Source: Elusimicrobiota bacterium
GTDB taxonomy: Bacteria; Elusimicrobiota; Elusimicrobia; F11
Assembly: GCA_044221725.1 (NCBI GenBank)
Contig: JBGAON010000005.1
Coordinates: 269,344 to 333,343 of the forward strand
Direction: 5' to 3'
DNA: 64,000 nt
Below the pieces are notes generated by a model. That model made no database searches. It had not been told where the DNA came from and worked only from the letters and a program-made list of their open reading frames with translations. The position numbers were made by a program, and so were the translations under genes. Below, one piece after another: positions 38,851 through 47,205 of this stretch; position 1 is the first letter of the stretch, and the number at the start of each line of letters is the position of its first letter.

Positions 38851-40748
38851 TGGGGTTGGCCTCCATTTGGTTTGGGAGGAGGCAGAACAACGCGTGACCC
38901 GGGGAAGTGATCTTGCGCCATTTTGATCACTTCGACGGATTTTTCGTCGTAATACTGGCGAAGCACTTTCTCGTGGTCATCAGAACCATTTTCCAGCGCG
39001 GTGGGGATATCAAGAGGAAGTGAACCTGTGAACCTAGGTGAACTATTCTCCCTCGTCCTATTATTGGACTCATCAAGGAGGTCCGATTTAGGTTGGGGTG
39101 AAAAAGGTTCACTGACGTTCACAGGTTCACTTTTGGGGGAGGGGGCTTTTTCCCCATTTCCCCCTTTTACCCCTACCGCATACCAACGCTCAGCGGATCG
39201 TCCCGCCGTGGGAACTTGTCTGAAGTACACTAAACCGCGGGTTTGTAGAAGGCCAAGGGCGGAACCGAGACTCCCGGATTTGTGGTGACCAAAAAGACGA
39301 GAACTGATTTCGGTCCGGGTCAAACCTTCGGGAGATGAGCGCAAAATGGAGAGGACTTCATCCGCCAATGGATTTCCGAGACTGTCGCCAAATATGTACA
39401 AGGCTGATTCTTCCGCGTAGCGCCACACTTCGAGCGCAGCTTCAAGGTGTTCTTTTCTGATGACGGTTGATTGATCGAGGAGCGCATAGATCAGCGCCAA
39501 ACGCATCACCTGAGCCTCGGCGCGAGAGATCACAGCGCCGAACAGACCTGGCTTACCCTCCGACAGTTTCTCGTATACCTCACGCCACAGCTTTCGAGCC
39601 TCAGGATCGCGCACAATGCACGTGCGCCCCAATTGTTGAGCAAACATCGCCGCTTTTTCAAACGCGAGATCCAATGGGCCAAAATCGACCGACCCAATGT
39701 CTCCACCCTCCGGCAGAACTTTTGACCGGCGGACACAGAAGAAAAGAATGCGGTTTGCAAAGCCATTGCCGATCTCCGTTCGATCCAAATAACGGCACAA
39801 CTCCTCCTTGGTAATGTGACCGCACATACTGATGTGAGCCTCGGTGGCTTTGGCGGGGGTGTTTTTGGTGAGAATACGAAGCCCACCGGTGTCCCACGCC
39901 TGGCGCACGACACCTGAGAGGCTGTTGCCATCGCGTTCCAGGACTCGCAACGTGGTGGCGAATTCCGGCTGAAGAGCCATGAGCCTCTTGTCAGAGACAC
40001 CAGGATCAACTTCAACCATCTGGTAATCTTCAACTTTCCCTTTCTTTTTGATGGGTTCTCGCTGCTGCACCGCGTCACGCACTGCATAGATGAGTCCTTC
40101 ACCGGAAGAAAGTCCTGTTTGTACGCAGTCGTCGACCCAATGACCGTCTATGGCTCTCATTCGTTCGCGGACATGTCCCCAAGACGTTCCTTTCCGGCCC
40201 TTCGCTGTCTCGCCGACCAAAACCGCGAAGAGGTTGGTGAAGTGACAGTCGGCTTCTGCTCTAAAGTGCGCCCCTCGGCCCACCACATTGCCGAAGGCTA
40301 CGAGTAGCTGGCTAAGGAGACCGACACGATCCGCCTCGGTATGAGGCTCCACCAAACGGACAAATTGTCCAGCAAGACCATGGAAGGCCTGCTCGCCCAA
40401 GGGTGACGGCCATTTTTGAGAAAACACTGTGGGGGAAGAAGGGGGATATGGGGAATAAGGGTCTGGTGCGTAGCGGCTGATGCTTTCGGAAATGGTTTTA
40501 ATCTCTTTTTCAGGGAGCGGTGGAGAGCAGTGGTGTTTATTTTCTTCCATCAGCGCGGCCAGGATGGCCTCTTGACCCATCCCTTTCCGGCGCATAGCGC
40601 CCGCCATGCTGGCAAGGCTTGCGTTTCTAGACCCTTCTGGAATCAATGCCGCCCCATTCATGGCCGGATGTGGCGCGGTTGGGAGTAAAAGCCCGTTTGT
40701 GAGCCAAGCGGGAGCCGGGGCCAGTGGCGTTAAATCGTTGGTTTCCAT
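38847..40748 (-). CDS. PriCT-like + DUF3987-like primase/helicase-associated replication protein
   Basis: IPEGSRNASLASMAG...PPLPEKEIKTISESI (PriCT), VGETAKGRKGT P-loop-like, NGFANR, C-terminal winged helix. Confidence 0.75.
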   Translation of the reverse strand: METNDLTPLAPAPAWLTNGLLLPTAPHPAMNGAALIPEGSRNASLASMAGAMRRKGMGQEAILAALMEENKHHCSPPLPEKEIKTISESISRYAPDPYSPYPPSSPTVFSQKWPSPLGEQAFHGLAGQFVRLVEPHTEADRVGLLSQLLVAFGNVVGRGAHFRAEADCHFTNLFAVLVGETAKGRKGTSWGHVRERMRAIDGHWVDDCVQTGLSSGEGLIYAVRDAVQQREPIKKKGKVEDYQMVEVDPGVSDKRLMALQPEFATTLRVLERDGNSLSGVVRQAWDTGGLRILTKNTPAKATEAHISMCGHITKEELCRYLDRTEIGNGFANRILFFCVRRSKVLPEGGDIGSVDFGPLDLAFEKAAMFAQQLGRTCIVRDPEARKLWREVYEKLSEGKPGLFGAVISRAEAQVMRLALIYALLDQSTVIRKEHLEAALEVWRYAEESALYIFGDSLGNPLADEVLSILRSSPEGLTRTEISSRLFGHHKSGSLGSALGLLQTRGLVYFRQVPTAGRSAERWYAVGVKGGNGEKAPSPKSEPVNVSEPFSPQPKSDLLDESNNRTRENSSPRFTGSLPLDIPTALENGSDDHEKVLRQYYDEKSVEVIKMAQDHFPGSRVVLPPPKPNGGQPQ

Positions 40749-41266
40749 TTATAGATGCCTCCGCTGATGTGGACGCTGGGTGGAGCCACCACATAGCCAC
40801 CATCTCCTCGGATGTCGATCCCCGGCAAGAGGTCGACCCTGTTTTTCATCGGTTTATCGCACGGATGGAGAAAATAAAGGTGTCGCCCTCCACCACCGGT
40901 GGCGCATTCAAGCGTGGCCGTCAACGGGCCTTTGCTGACCTCAAGCTCGGCCAGCGACACATCTCCGCCCCGCGCTGGGTCAATATCCAACACGACAATA
41001 TTGCTGACCATGCCTGTCGCAATGCCGATGTTCGCTTCCGGCCAACGACCCCACCAATTAAGGATGCGGGCCTCGTTGGTGGTGGCCTCCAACACCCCGT
41101 GTTTAACCCGTGGGTGTTTGGCTGGGCTCGAGCATTTGGGATTCCCGCAGGCGCACCCGCCACGGCCGTCCGGTTCGTAAACCGGAAAAATTGGCCAGCC
41201 CTTCCGATTGATGTAATCGAGGGCGGCCTCGCGCTTGGTGATCGCTGTTTTAATCGATATTTGCAT
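40730..41266 (-). CDS. Bifunctional DNA primase/polymerase (prim-pol) domain
   Basis: GWPIFP, CACGNPKCSSPAKHP, NIGIATG, VLDID, TGGGGRHLYF, DIRGDGGYVVAPPS; GGAGAGGAG RBS before ATG 41266. Confidence 0.92.
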   Translation of the reverse strand: MQISIKTAITKREAALDYINRKGWPIFPVYEPDGRGGCACGNPKCSSPAKHPRVKHGVLEATTNEARILNWWGRWPEANIGIATGMVSNIVVLDIDPARGGDVSLAELEVSKGPLTATLECATGGGGRHLYFLHPCDKPMKNRVDLLPGIDIRGDGGYVVAPPSVHISGGIYKWKPTI

Positions 41267-41279
41267 TCTCCTCTCCCAC

Positions 41280-41351
41280 AAAAAAAGGCGCTGTCATCGG
41301 CGGATCAAATAACCCGCCAACAACAGCGCCTCGGTTTGTCCGACAACGCTA
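41280..41351 (-). promoter_or_regulatory. Antiterminator-like hairpin overlapping an intrinsic terminator (copy 1)
   Basis: Minus strand TAGCGTTGTCGGACAAACCGAGGCGCTG..., then a 20-bp stem with G-U pairs, TATTTG loop and T run. Confidence 0.75.
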
Positions 41352-41356
41352 AATAG

Positions 41357-41533
41357 CTATTGTTTTTTTGATAATTCTCGTTTCAATTCTTCCAACTTCA
41401 TGCTCCGTTCTTCTTGGATCCGGCAGATGCGGCCATCCTCCCAGCTTAGAACCACTTTCCCATAGAAGCGACGCTGGCGCATAAGGCGAACCCACTCAAG
41501 TAAAATTTCCTCAGGGATGGGCCCACCGCTCAT
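41357..41533 (-). CDS. 58-aa YezD/DUF2292-like small protein (below the ORF-track cutoff)
   Basis: MSGGPIPEEILLEWVRLMRQRRFYGKVVLSWEDGRICRIQEERSMKLEELKRELSKKQ; GGAG RBS; FYG-V-x-x-x-x-DG-I-x-x-I-x-x-E pattern. Confidence 0.7.
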   Translation of the reverse strand: MSGGPIPEEILLEWVRLMRQRRFYGKVVLSWEDGRICRIQEERSMKLEELKRELSKKQ

Positions 41534-41629
41534 TTGATGCTCCGCATGTTCATAGTTCTCATATTCAACTCCAAATCCCTATATGTTAGCGATATATGTA
41601 CAAAAGCTACCTCAAAAGGCAAAAAAATA

Positions 41630-42631
41630 TCAGGCCGTATAAAGCTCAAGTCCCTCCGGGGTATAAACCTCAGACAAAGTCCAGGACTCGAGCGCTTTTT
41701 TCAATTTTTTATCGCCCTTCGCAGCCCACCCCAGCGACCGGCACAGTGTCCGCGCCAGCAATGCGCTAAGCGTGGCCTGAGCCCCGCTGTAGGCTTCGAT
41801 GGTTTCTTCCCGGTTTCTCTCTTTGGCAACGTACAAGTCATAGTGGATGCGGGAGGTGACGTCCTCCCAACTTTTTTGAAAGCGGAGAAGATAGCGTGGA
41901 TCAACATCCAGTTTTCCTTTGGACCGGACAAAGCAAACCATGTCCAATAATTGGAGGAAGGCGACGCGGGAATCGACGGCATGCCCAGACGTATTGAGTA
42001 TCCGAAGCGGAACATCCGACAACTCATTGCGAAGTTTCTCGCTTTCGATTCGAGCGATTTCCTCTTCCTTCATTCGCGGGAGGTTCTGTTTATGGGAGAG
42101 ATCGTTTATGGCTTTTTGAATTCGTTTGTGCGCTTCCTCTTGAATAAGCCATCCCCACCGGTCGTCAGCGAGTCGGATCTGCAATGTCAGCCGCTTTAAA
42201 CTCATAGCCTCATAGTCCCGCGTATAGTTATCCTTTCGCCCGTTGATCCCGACGAAGGCATAGAAGTGATTGAGATCGTCGAGGAAAATCTTAAAAAAGG
42301 CGTCGAGGTATTCGTCTCGTAATTGAATGATTCCTTGTTTGAATAGGTATTCGGCCAGCCACTTCCGAATCTGCGTATCGGAGCATCCCACGATGCGACC
42401 GATCTCGGCCAGCGTCCGGCGCCGCGTTGATTTCCAAAGAAGCATTTGGAGTTGAGCATTGAATTTCTTCTGTGTCAGTGGCCGAGTTTCATCGCGGGGA
42501 ATACCGGTGCGGGGTTGTTCTTCGAATGATTCTGACTTGCGCTGCATAAATAGAAGAAGATCAACGTCGGAGAAAAAATCCCGACGCGTTTTGTATTGGG
42601 GTGGAAGAAATCGGTCCGGCCCATTAACCAT
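41630..42631 (-). CDS. Hypothetical protein with an HTH
   Basis: TLAEIGRIVGCSDTQIRKWL; 333-aa ORF co-oriented with the module. Confidence 0.65.
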   Translation of the reverse strand: MVNGPDRFLPPQYKTRRDFFSDVDLLLFMQRKSESFEEQPRTGIPRDETRPLTQKKFNAQLQMLLWKSTRRRTLAEIGRIVGCSDTQIRKWLAEYLFKQGIIQLRDEYLDAFFKIFLDDLNHFYAFVGINGRKDNYTRDYEAMSLKRLTLQIRLADDRWGWLIQEEAHKRIQKAINDLSHKQNLPRMKEEEIARIESEKLRNELSDVPLRILNTSGHAVDSRVAFLQLLDMVCFVRSKGKLDVDPRYLLRFQKSWEDVTSRIHYDLYVAKERNREETIEAYSGAQATLSALLARTLCRSLGWAAKGDKKLKKALESWTLSEVYTPEGLELYTA

Positions 42632-42685
42632 AGTAGCGATAAACTACTATACGCTACTAAATATGTCAATTGAAAATATTGAGAG

Positions 42686-43570
42686 CTAAAACCGTGGGTG
42701 AGCTTGCTGGCAGGTTTCTCGAAGGGCTTGATGATTGAGATTCAAATAGCGTTGTGTTGACGTCAGATTGGAATGCCCCAACAATAATTGAAGCGAACGC
42801 AGATCCGCTTTTCCCTGGAGCATGTGCACGGCGAACGAATGGCGCAATAAATGAGGATAAACGCGTCGCGTTATCCCAGCGCGGGCCGAATACCGTTTGA
42901 ATTTTCGCCAAAATCCGTTCTTTCCAAGCCGGGTCCCGGATCGCGTTAAGAACAGTGCGCTACACCCATTCCCGGATTTGTCGGTTCTTCTTTGCAGATA
43001 AGCTCGCAGTGACTTAATCGCCTTCGTTCCAATCGGGACCAACCGTTCCTTTGATCCTTTGCCTTTCACTTTGATGTAGCCATCGTCCAAGTGGAGATGT
43101 TCGACGTTCAGACCGATAGCCTCGCCGATACGAAGTCCGCAATAAAGAATTTCCAGAATCGCCTGATCTCTCGTCCCCAAGAAAGTCGACTGCGAAGGAG
43201 CCGAAAGTAATCGCTCAACTTCCTCCACCGACAAGGGTTCCACAACGGAGATCTTCAATTCGGGCAATATCAGCCCGACCGTTGGGTCAAATTCCGCGTA
43301 ACCCTTTTCAACCAGAAACCGATGAAATGATCGAATCGCGATGGTGGCGCAGAATCGGGTGGTTGGGCTCAACCCACGATGGCTCAACTCTCCAACGTAT
43401 CTATTTGTCAACTTGCTGGTAGCAATAATGGGACCCGAATTCGCTTCTTGAAGGAATCGGCCATAAGCCTCCAGGTGATGGCTGTAGGTGATGGCAGTAT
43501 TTTCGGAGAGCCCGCGATCACTCCGTAGATGATTTAGAAATTCGGACAGATATTCTTTATGAAAGTTCAT
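42686..43570 (-). CDS. XerD-like tyrosine recombinase
   Basis: RGLSENT SAM-like domain, RDQAILEILYCGLRIGE, GKGSKERLVP, PHLLRHSFA, LLGHS, TQRY. Confidence 0.92.
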   Translation of the reverse strand: MNFHKEYLSEFLNHLRSDRGLSENTAITYSHHLEAYGRFLQEANSGPIIATSKLTNRYVGELSHRGLSPTTRFCATIAIRSFHRFLVEKGYAEFDPTVGLILPELKISVVEPLSVEEVERLLSAPSQSTFLGTRDQAILEILYCGLRIGEAIGLNVEHLHLDDGYIKVKGKGSKERLVPIGTKAIKSLRAYLQRRTDKSGNGCSALFLTRSGTRLGKNGFWRKFKRYSARAGITRRVYPHLLRHSFAVHMLQGKADLRSLQLLLGHSNLTSTQRYLNLNHQALRETCQQAHPRF

Positions 43571-44033
43571 GGCCGTTTGCCTTGGGCTTGAGGACTCGAA
43601 CGTGTTTCTTGTCGTCCTTTTCGATTTTCCATGCCTTACGAGAGAAGGAAACCATGCGGGCGCGCACGTTGGCCTCAACATCTTTGCCCTTGGCGAGATC
43701 CGCCGCCTGTTTGATGGCGAGCGCGGCGATTTCCTTCACGGTTTTTCCGCCAGCGAATAGCATCGGATCGATAGTCGCCGAGAGAGATTCTTTGTTCGAT
43801 TTTCGACCGCCTTTGCTCCGACCGCCCCCATTGGCGCGGATCAAGGTTTTCGCTTCCTTGCTGATCTGCGATTCCTTGTAGGATTTTAGTTCGTAGTTTT
43901 TAGAGACTTCGATGTCGTTTTCCGATCCGCCGATCTTCAAAACCACCTTATCGTTTTTGTGACCGACAACGGTGACCGGCGTCCCTTTTTTTGACAGATA
44001 CTTTTGACCTACTTTTGCGTCGATGGCGTTCAT
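43557..44033 (-). CDS. Basic hypothetical protein, possible DNA-binding
   Basis: 158-aa Lys-rich ORF with GGAGG RBS. Confidence 0.65.
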   Translation of the reverse strand: MNAIDAKVGQKYLSKKGTPVTVVGHKNDKVVLKIGGSENDIEVSKNYELKSYKESQISKEAKTLIRANGGGRSKGGRKSNKESLSATIDPMLFAGGKTVKEIAALAIKQAADLAKGKDVEANVRARMVSFSRKAWKIEKDDKKHVRVLKPKANGHELS

Positions 44034-44034
44034 A

Positions 44035-44272
44035 TTAGCGCCCTCCTTTTTTTGTTGTGACTGTTTTCTTGAAAACGGCGAAGTTCACACCTTCGCATTT
44101 CGGGCCTTCGATTTTTCGGATGACCCTGCGTAGATGGGGCGATCCATTCTTTGTCTTGCCCGGACCGATCCTCCGGCGCGAGCTGGCCCGATTGGATCAT
44201 GTGGATCTTTGATCCCAGCGCCTCGACGATTTCTACCCAGTCGGCCATTTCGAATTTGATGGTGTTCTGCAT
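44035..44272 (-). pseudogene. Small hypothetical gene with a probable frameshift
   Basis: MQNTIKFEMADWVEIVEAL...KEWIA then reads as amphipathic HLRRVIRKIEG in a shifted frame at the G4 run 44136-44139. Confidence 0.35.
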
Positions 44273-44592
44273 ACCCCTAGTTGCCTCCTTATCTCGCCCA
44301 CGTTGCGCCGTTCGTGCAACCCGTTGCCCTGTTTGGGCTATTTTTGCCGCTTTGTCCGGACCCAAGTACAGCGAGTTCGCGAATCAATCAAGGCCTTTTG
44401 TCGTCGACATCGCGCAATAAATCAAATCGATTCCGAGTCATCGAAATTTGGCGATTTGAGGTTTGTTTGGATAGGGAAGGACTACCTTCTTCAAAATAGG
44501 AAGCCAAGTCGAAGATCAAGTTAAAAGTTTTCAGGCGTGGCAATCTTCGATTCCTTCATGAAACCGGACAAGGTAAACTCACCTCTTAATCT

Positions 44593-46425
44593 ATGAGTGA
44601 AGAAATTCCCAGAAAAGACATTGTTTATTTTTCGTCGGCCAAATATCTGATCGGGTGTGCGGTGGCGGCTGTCGTCTTCCTATTGATCGGGAAAATTAAT
44701 CCATTTCCGGCCTGGTTTATTGCAGTGGAAGTGTTTGTGGCGGTGATTGCGCTTTTTGTCTTTGGGTCCATCCGTGACCGCCTGGACAAAAATGCGCTGA
44801 CCTATGGCGCGGTTCTCATCATCACAGCGACGTTTTGGGAATCGTGGTGGAGAGAATCGGGATTGAGAACCGATTTTTCAGCCGAAGGTTTTGGCGCGAT
44901 CCTTCGGTTTTTTCAGCACCATTTCCTGTCACTGCATGGCTTAGATGAGATCGTTCACGCCGATACCATGTTGTTTATTTTAGGCCTAACGTTTTTTGTC
45001 GCGGTCATAGCTCAGACCCGTATTCTCGAAACGATTAGTTTTTCCATCCTCAATAAGTTCAAAGGAAACGTTGTGCCAACGGTGGCGCTTCTCGCGGCCA
45101 TCGTCTCATTCTCATCGGGTATTTTGGATGGTGTTTCCATGATCGGCCTGATGATCCGGACGCTTGTGATCATCCTCTTCCTGGCCAGAATTAAGGATGA
45201 AGCTGTTGTGTATGCGGTGGTGGTATCGACGGTGGTCACAACGGTGTGCGGAATGTGGCTGGCCTATGGAGAACCACCCAACCTCATCATGAAATCCAAT
45301 CTCTCGCCGCATCTGAATGACGCGTTCTTCCTGCGATATTGCTTGCCGGTTGCCATCGGCGCTTATTTCATCGTGCTTTGGAACATCAAGCGAAAACTCA
45401 AGGGTCAGAAAGTCGACATATCGAAACTGGATGTGCTTGACCTCAATACGGCGGATGTACGGTTCATTCAGGCGCAACGGCATGGCAAAGTTTTAACGCC
45501 GATAGAGTTTGCTGAAGAGCACCGCCAGCAACTGGCCGAGCATTACGAACCGTTGATTCGCCGGCTTCATCAGGGTGAGACGCTTGGCGACGCTTTGACG
45601 GCCGAGCATATTCCACAAAGTGTCCGGCAATATCTAATGGGGCAATATGTGTCGGAAGATCTTGCGGAGGCGCTGGATCACCATTACTCAGTCGTGTTGA
45701 AAGATGATGCGCTTAATAACGATGATTCCATGCGCAAGATATCCAAGGCGCTGGCATGGATCCGCCAACGTCGAGTGCGTACACAATGGATTGGCGGCAT
45801 TTCGTTTATCCCATTTATCGGACTCTTGGTCTGGCATGCGATTGACCATGACGTTCCACTTTTTCTGGCATCTTTCGCCGGATTCGCAGTCGCCTTCTTA
45901 GGTATTCTAGGGATCACCAATATGCGGAGATTGGCTTTGCGCGAGGCCCGCCACGAATATGCGGAGTACCTTTTTCTTTTCCCGCTTTTCTTCTCGATAA
46001 CCCTGCTTCAAAAGACCGGTTTCTTTCAGCAGCTTGCGGATTTGCTCCATCACGGCGTCGAAAAATTGGGCCCACCACACATGGCCTTTCTTCAATTTAT
46101 CGGGACGGGATTTTTGTCTGCGATGTTGGACAACAACGTCGTAGCGGATTTCGCGGGCCGGGCGATTATGGGATTGGAATTAAGCGTTCTTCACCTTTTC
46201 GCCATGGCCCAGATTGCAGGATACGCGGTGGGGGGATGCTGGACACACATCGGTTCGGCCCAATCGGTTGTGGCTTATTCGTTCATTCGAAATGAAGTCG
46301 ACGAACACTTCACGCCGTTTCAGTGGATCAAAGCCATGACCCCTATCGTCTTAGAAATTTCGGTTTGGGTGACCGTGGTTATCTATGGCGAGGCTCTCCT
46401 TTTGCAATATCTTCCGGAGCATTAG
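44593..46425 (+). CDS. Ion transporter superfamily permease (SLC13/ArsB/NhaD-like)
   Basis: Many TM segments, GILDGV, YGEPPNLIM, SAMLDNNV, THIGSAQSVVA. Confidence 0.8.
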   Translation: MSEEIPRKDIVYFSSAKYLIGCAVAAVVFLLIGKINPFPAWFIAVEVFVAVIALFVFGSIRDRLDKNALTYGAVLIITATFWESWWRESGLRTDFSAEGFGAILRFFQHHFLSLHGLDEIVHADTMLFILGLTFFVAVIAQTRILETISFSILNKFKGNVVPTVALLAAIVSFSSGILDGVSMIGLMIRTLVIILFLARIKDEAVVYAVVVSTVVTTVCGMWLAYGEPPNLIMKSNLSPHLNDAFFLRYCLPVAIGAYFIVLWNIKRKLKGQKVDISKLDVLDLNTADVRFIQAQRHGKVLTPIEFAEEHRQQLAEHYEPLIRRLHQGETLGDALTAEHIPQSVRQYLMGQYVSEDLAEALDHHYSVVLKDDALNNDDSMRKISKALAWIRQRRVRTQWIGGISFIPFIGLLVWHAIDHDVPLFLASFAGFAVAFLGILGITNMRRLALREARHEYAEYLFLFPLFFSITLLQKTGFFQQLADLLHHGVEKLGPPHMAFLQFIGTGFLSAMLDNNVVADFAGRAIMGLELSVLHLFAMAQIAGYAVGGCWTHIGSAQSVVAYSFIRNEVDEHFTPFQWIKAMTPIVLEISVWVTVVIYGEALLLQYLPEH

Positions 46426-46447
46426 CCGAAACCGTAGGTGTACTGGC

Positions 46448-47059
46448 TTATTCAAGCGCAGTGAGGATTTTTTTCTGAATTTCTTCGCCATCGATTGAAA
46501 GACTTAACTTTTTGTGAAACAAGCGGTAGTGATTAATGAGGCCTGTCGAATAAGAAGCAAGTGATAGAGCCATTGTTCTTGCCTTCTCAGCTTGGCGGGA
46601 GGACCCACCTAGGGATCGAATCAAAAGATCTGCCAGTTGAAGGAGATAGTCTCCGTAGATTTCCTTAAGATTCGCAGAGATTCCCTGCTTAAGCTGAAGC
46701 AAACCTCTGACTTGATGAAAAATAAGAACAAATGATTCTTCTCTCAATAAAAAATCAACATGGGCTTTTACGAGTGCCTTTAAGGCATCTTGATGGTTGT
46801 CGTTTTTTTGAACCGACAACTGGCATCGAGCCATAAGCTTGTCGAGTCCGTCTCTGAGGAGGTTTTCGAGCAGTTCGTCTTTCCCAGAGAAATACTGATA
46901 GAAGGTGCCCTTTCCAATATCCGCCTTCTCGGTGACGTCTTCAATGGTTGTTACGTAGATACCTTGTCTTGAAATGATATCGAGAGCTACGGCCATGAGC
47001 GTTTCGCGCGTTAGTTTTTTCTTTCGTTCCCGCCTCGTCAAATCTTCCGTTGCTTCCAC
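46448..47059 (-). CDS. TetR/AcrR-family regulator
   Basis: RRERKK...TTIEDVTEKADIGKGTFYQYFSGKDEL. Confidence 0.93.
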   Translation of the reverse strand: MEATEDLTRRERKKKLTRETLMAVALDIISRQGIYVTTIEDVTEKADIGKGTFYQYFSGKDELLENLLRDGLDKLMARCQLSVQKNDNHQDALKALVKAHVDFLLREESFVLIFHQVRGLLQLKQGISANLKEIYGDYLLQLADLLIRSLGGSSRQAEKARTMALSLASYSTGLINHYRLFHKKLSLSIDGEEIQKKILTALE

Positions 47060-47116
47060 GTTTCCTCCCCAGTACGGGTTATCAAGATAATTACGTGTGA
47101 GAATCCTTGCATAATC

Positions 47117-47150
47117 TTGACCGGTCAGTCAATTTTGACTACTGTGTCAA
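47117..47150. promoter_or_regulatory. Two tandem TTGAC-N6-GTCAA operators
   Basis: TTGACCGGTCAGTCAA (47117-47132) and TTGACTACTGTGTCAA (47135-47150) between divergent tetR and otsA. Confidence 0.7.
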
Positions 47151-47205
47151 AAATGGGACCCGCACACGTATTTTTCCTAAAAAAAGCTGATTCGACGGAG
47201 TCAAA

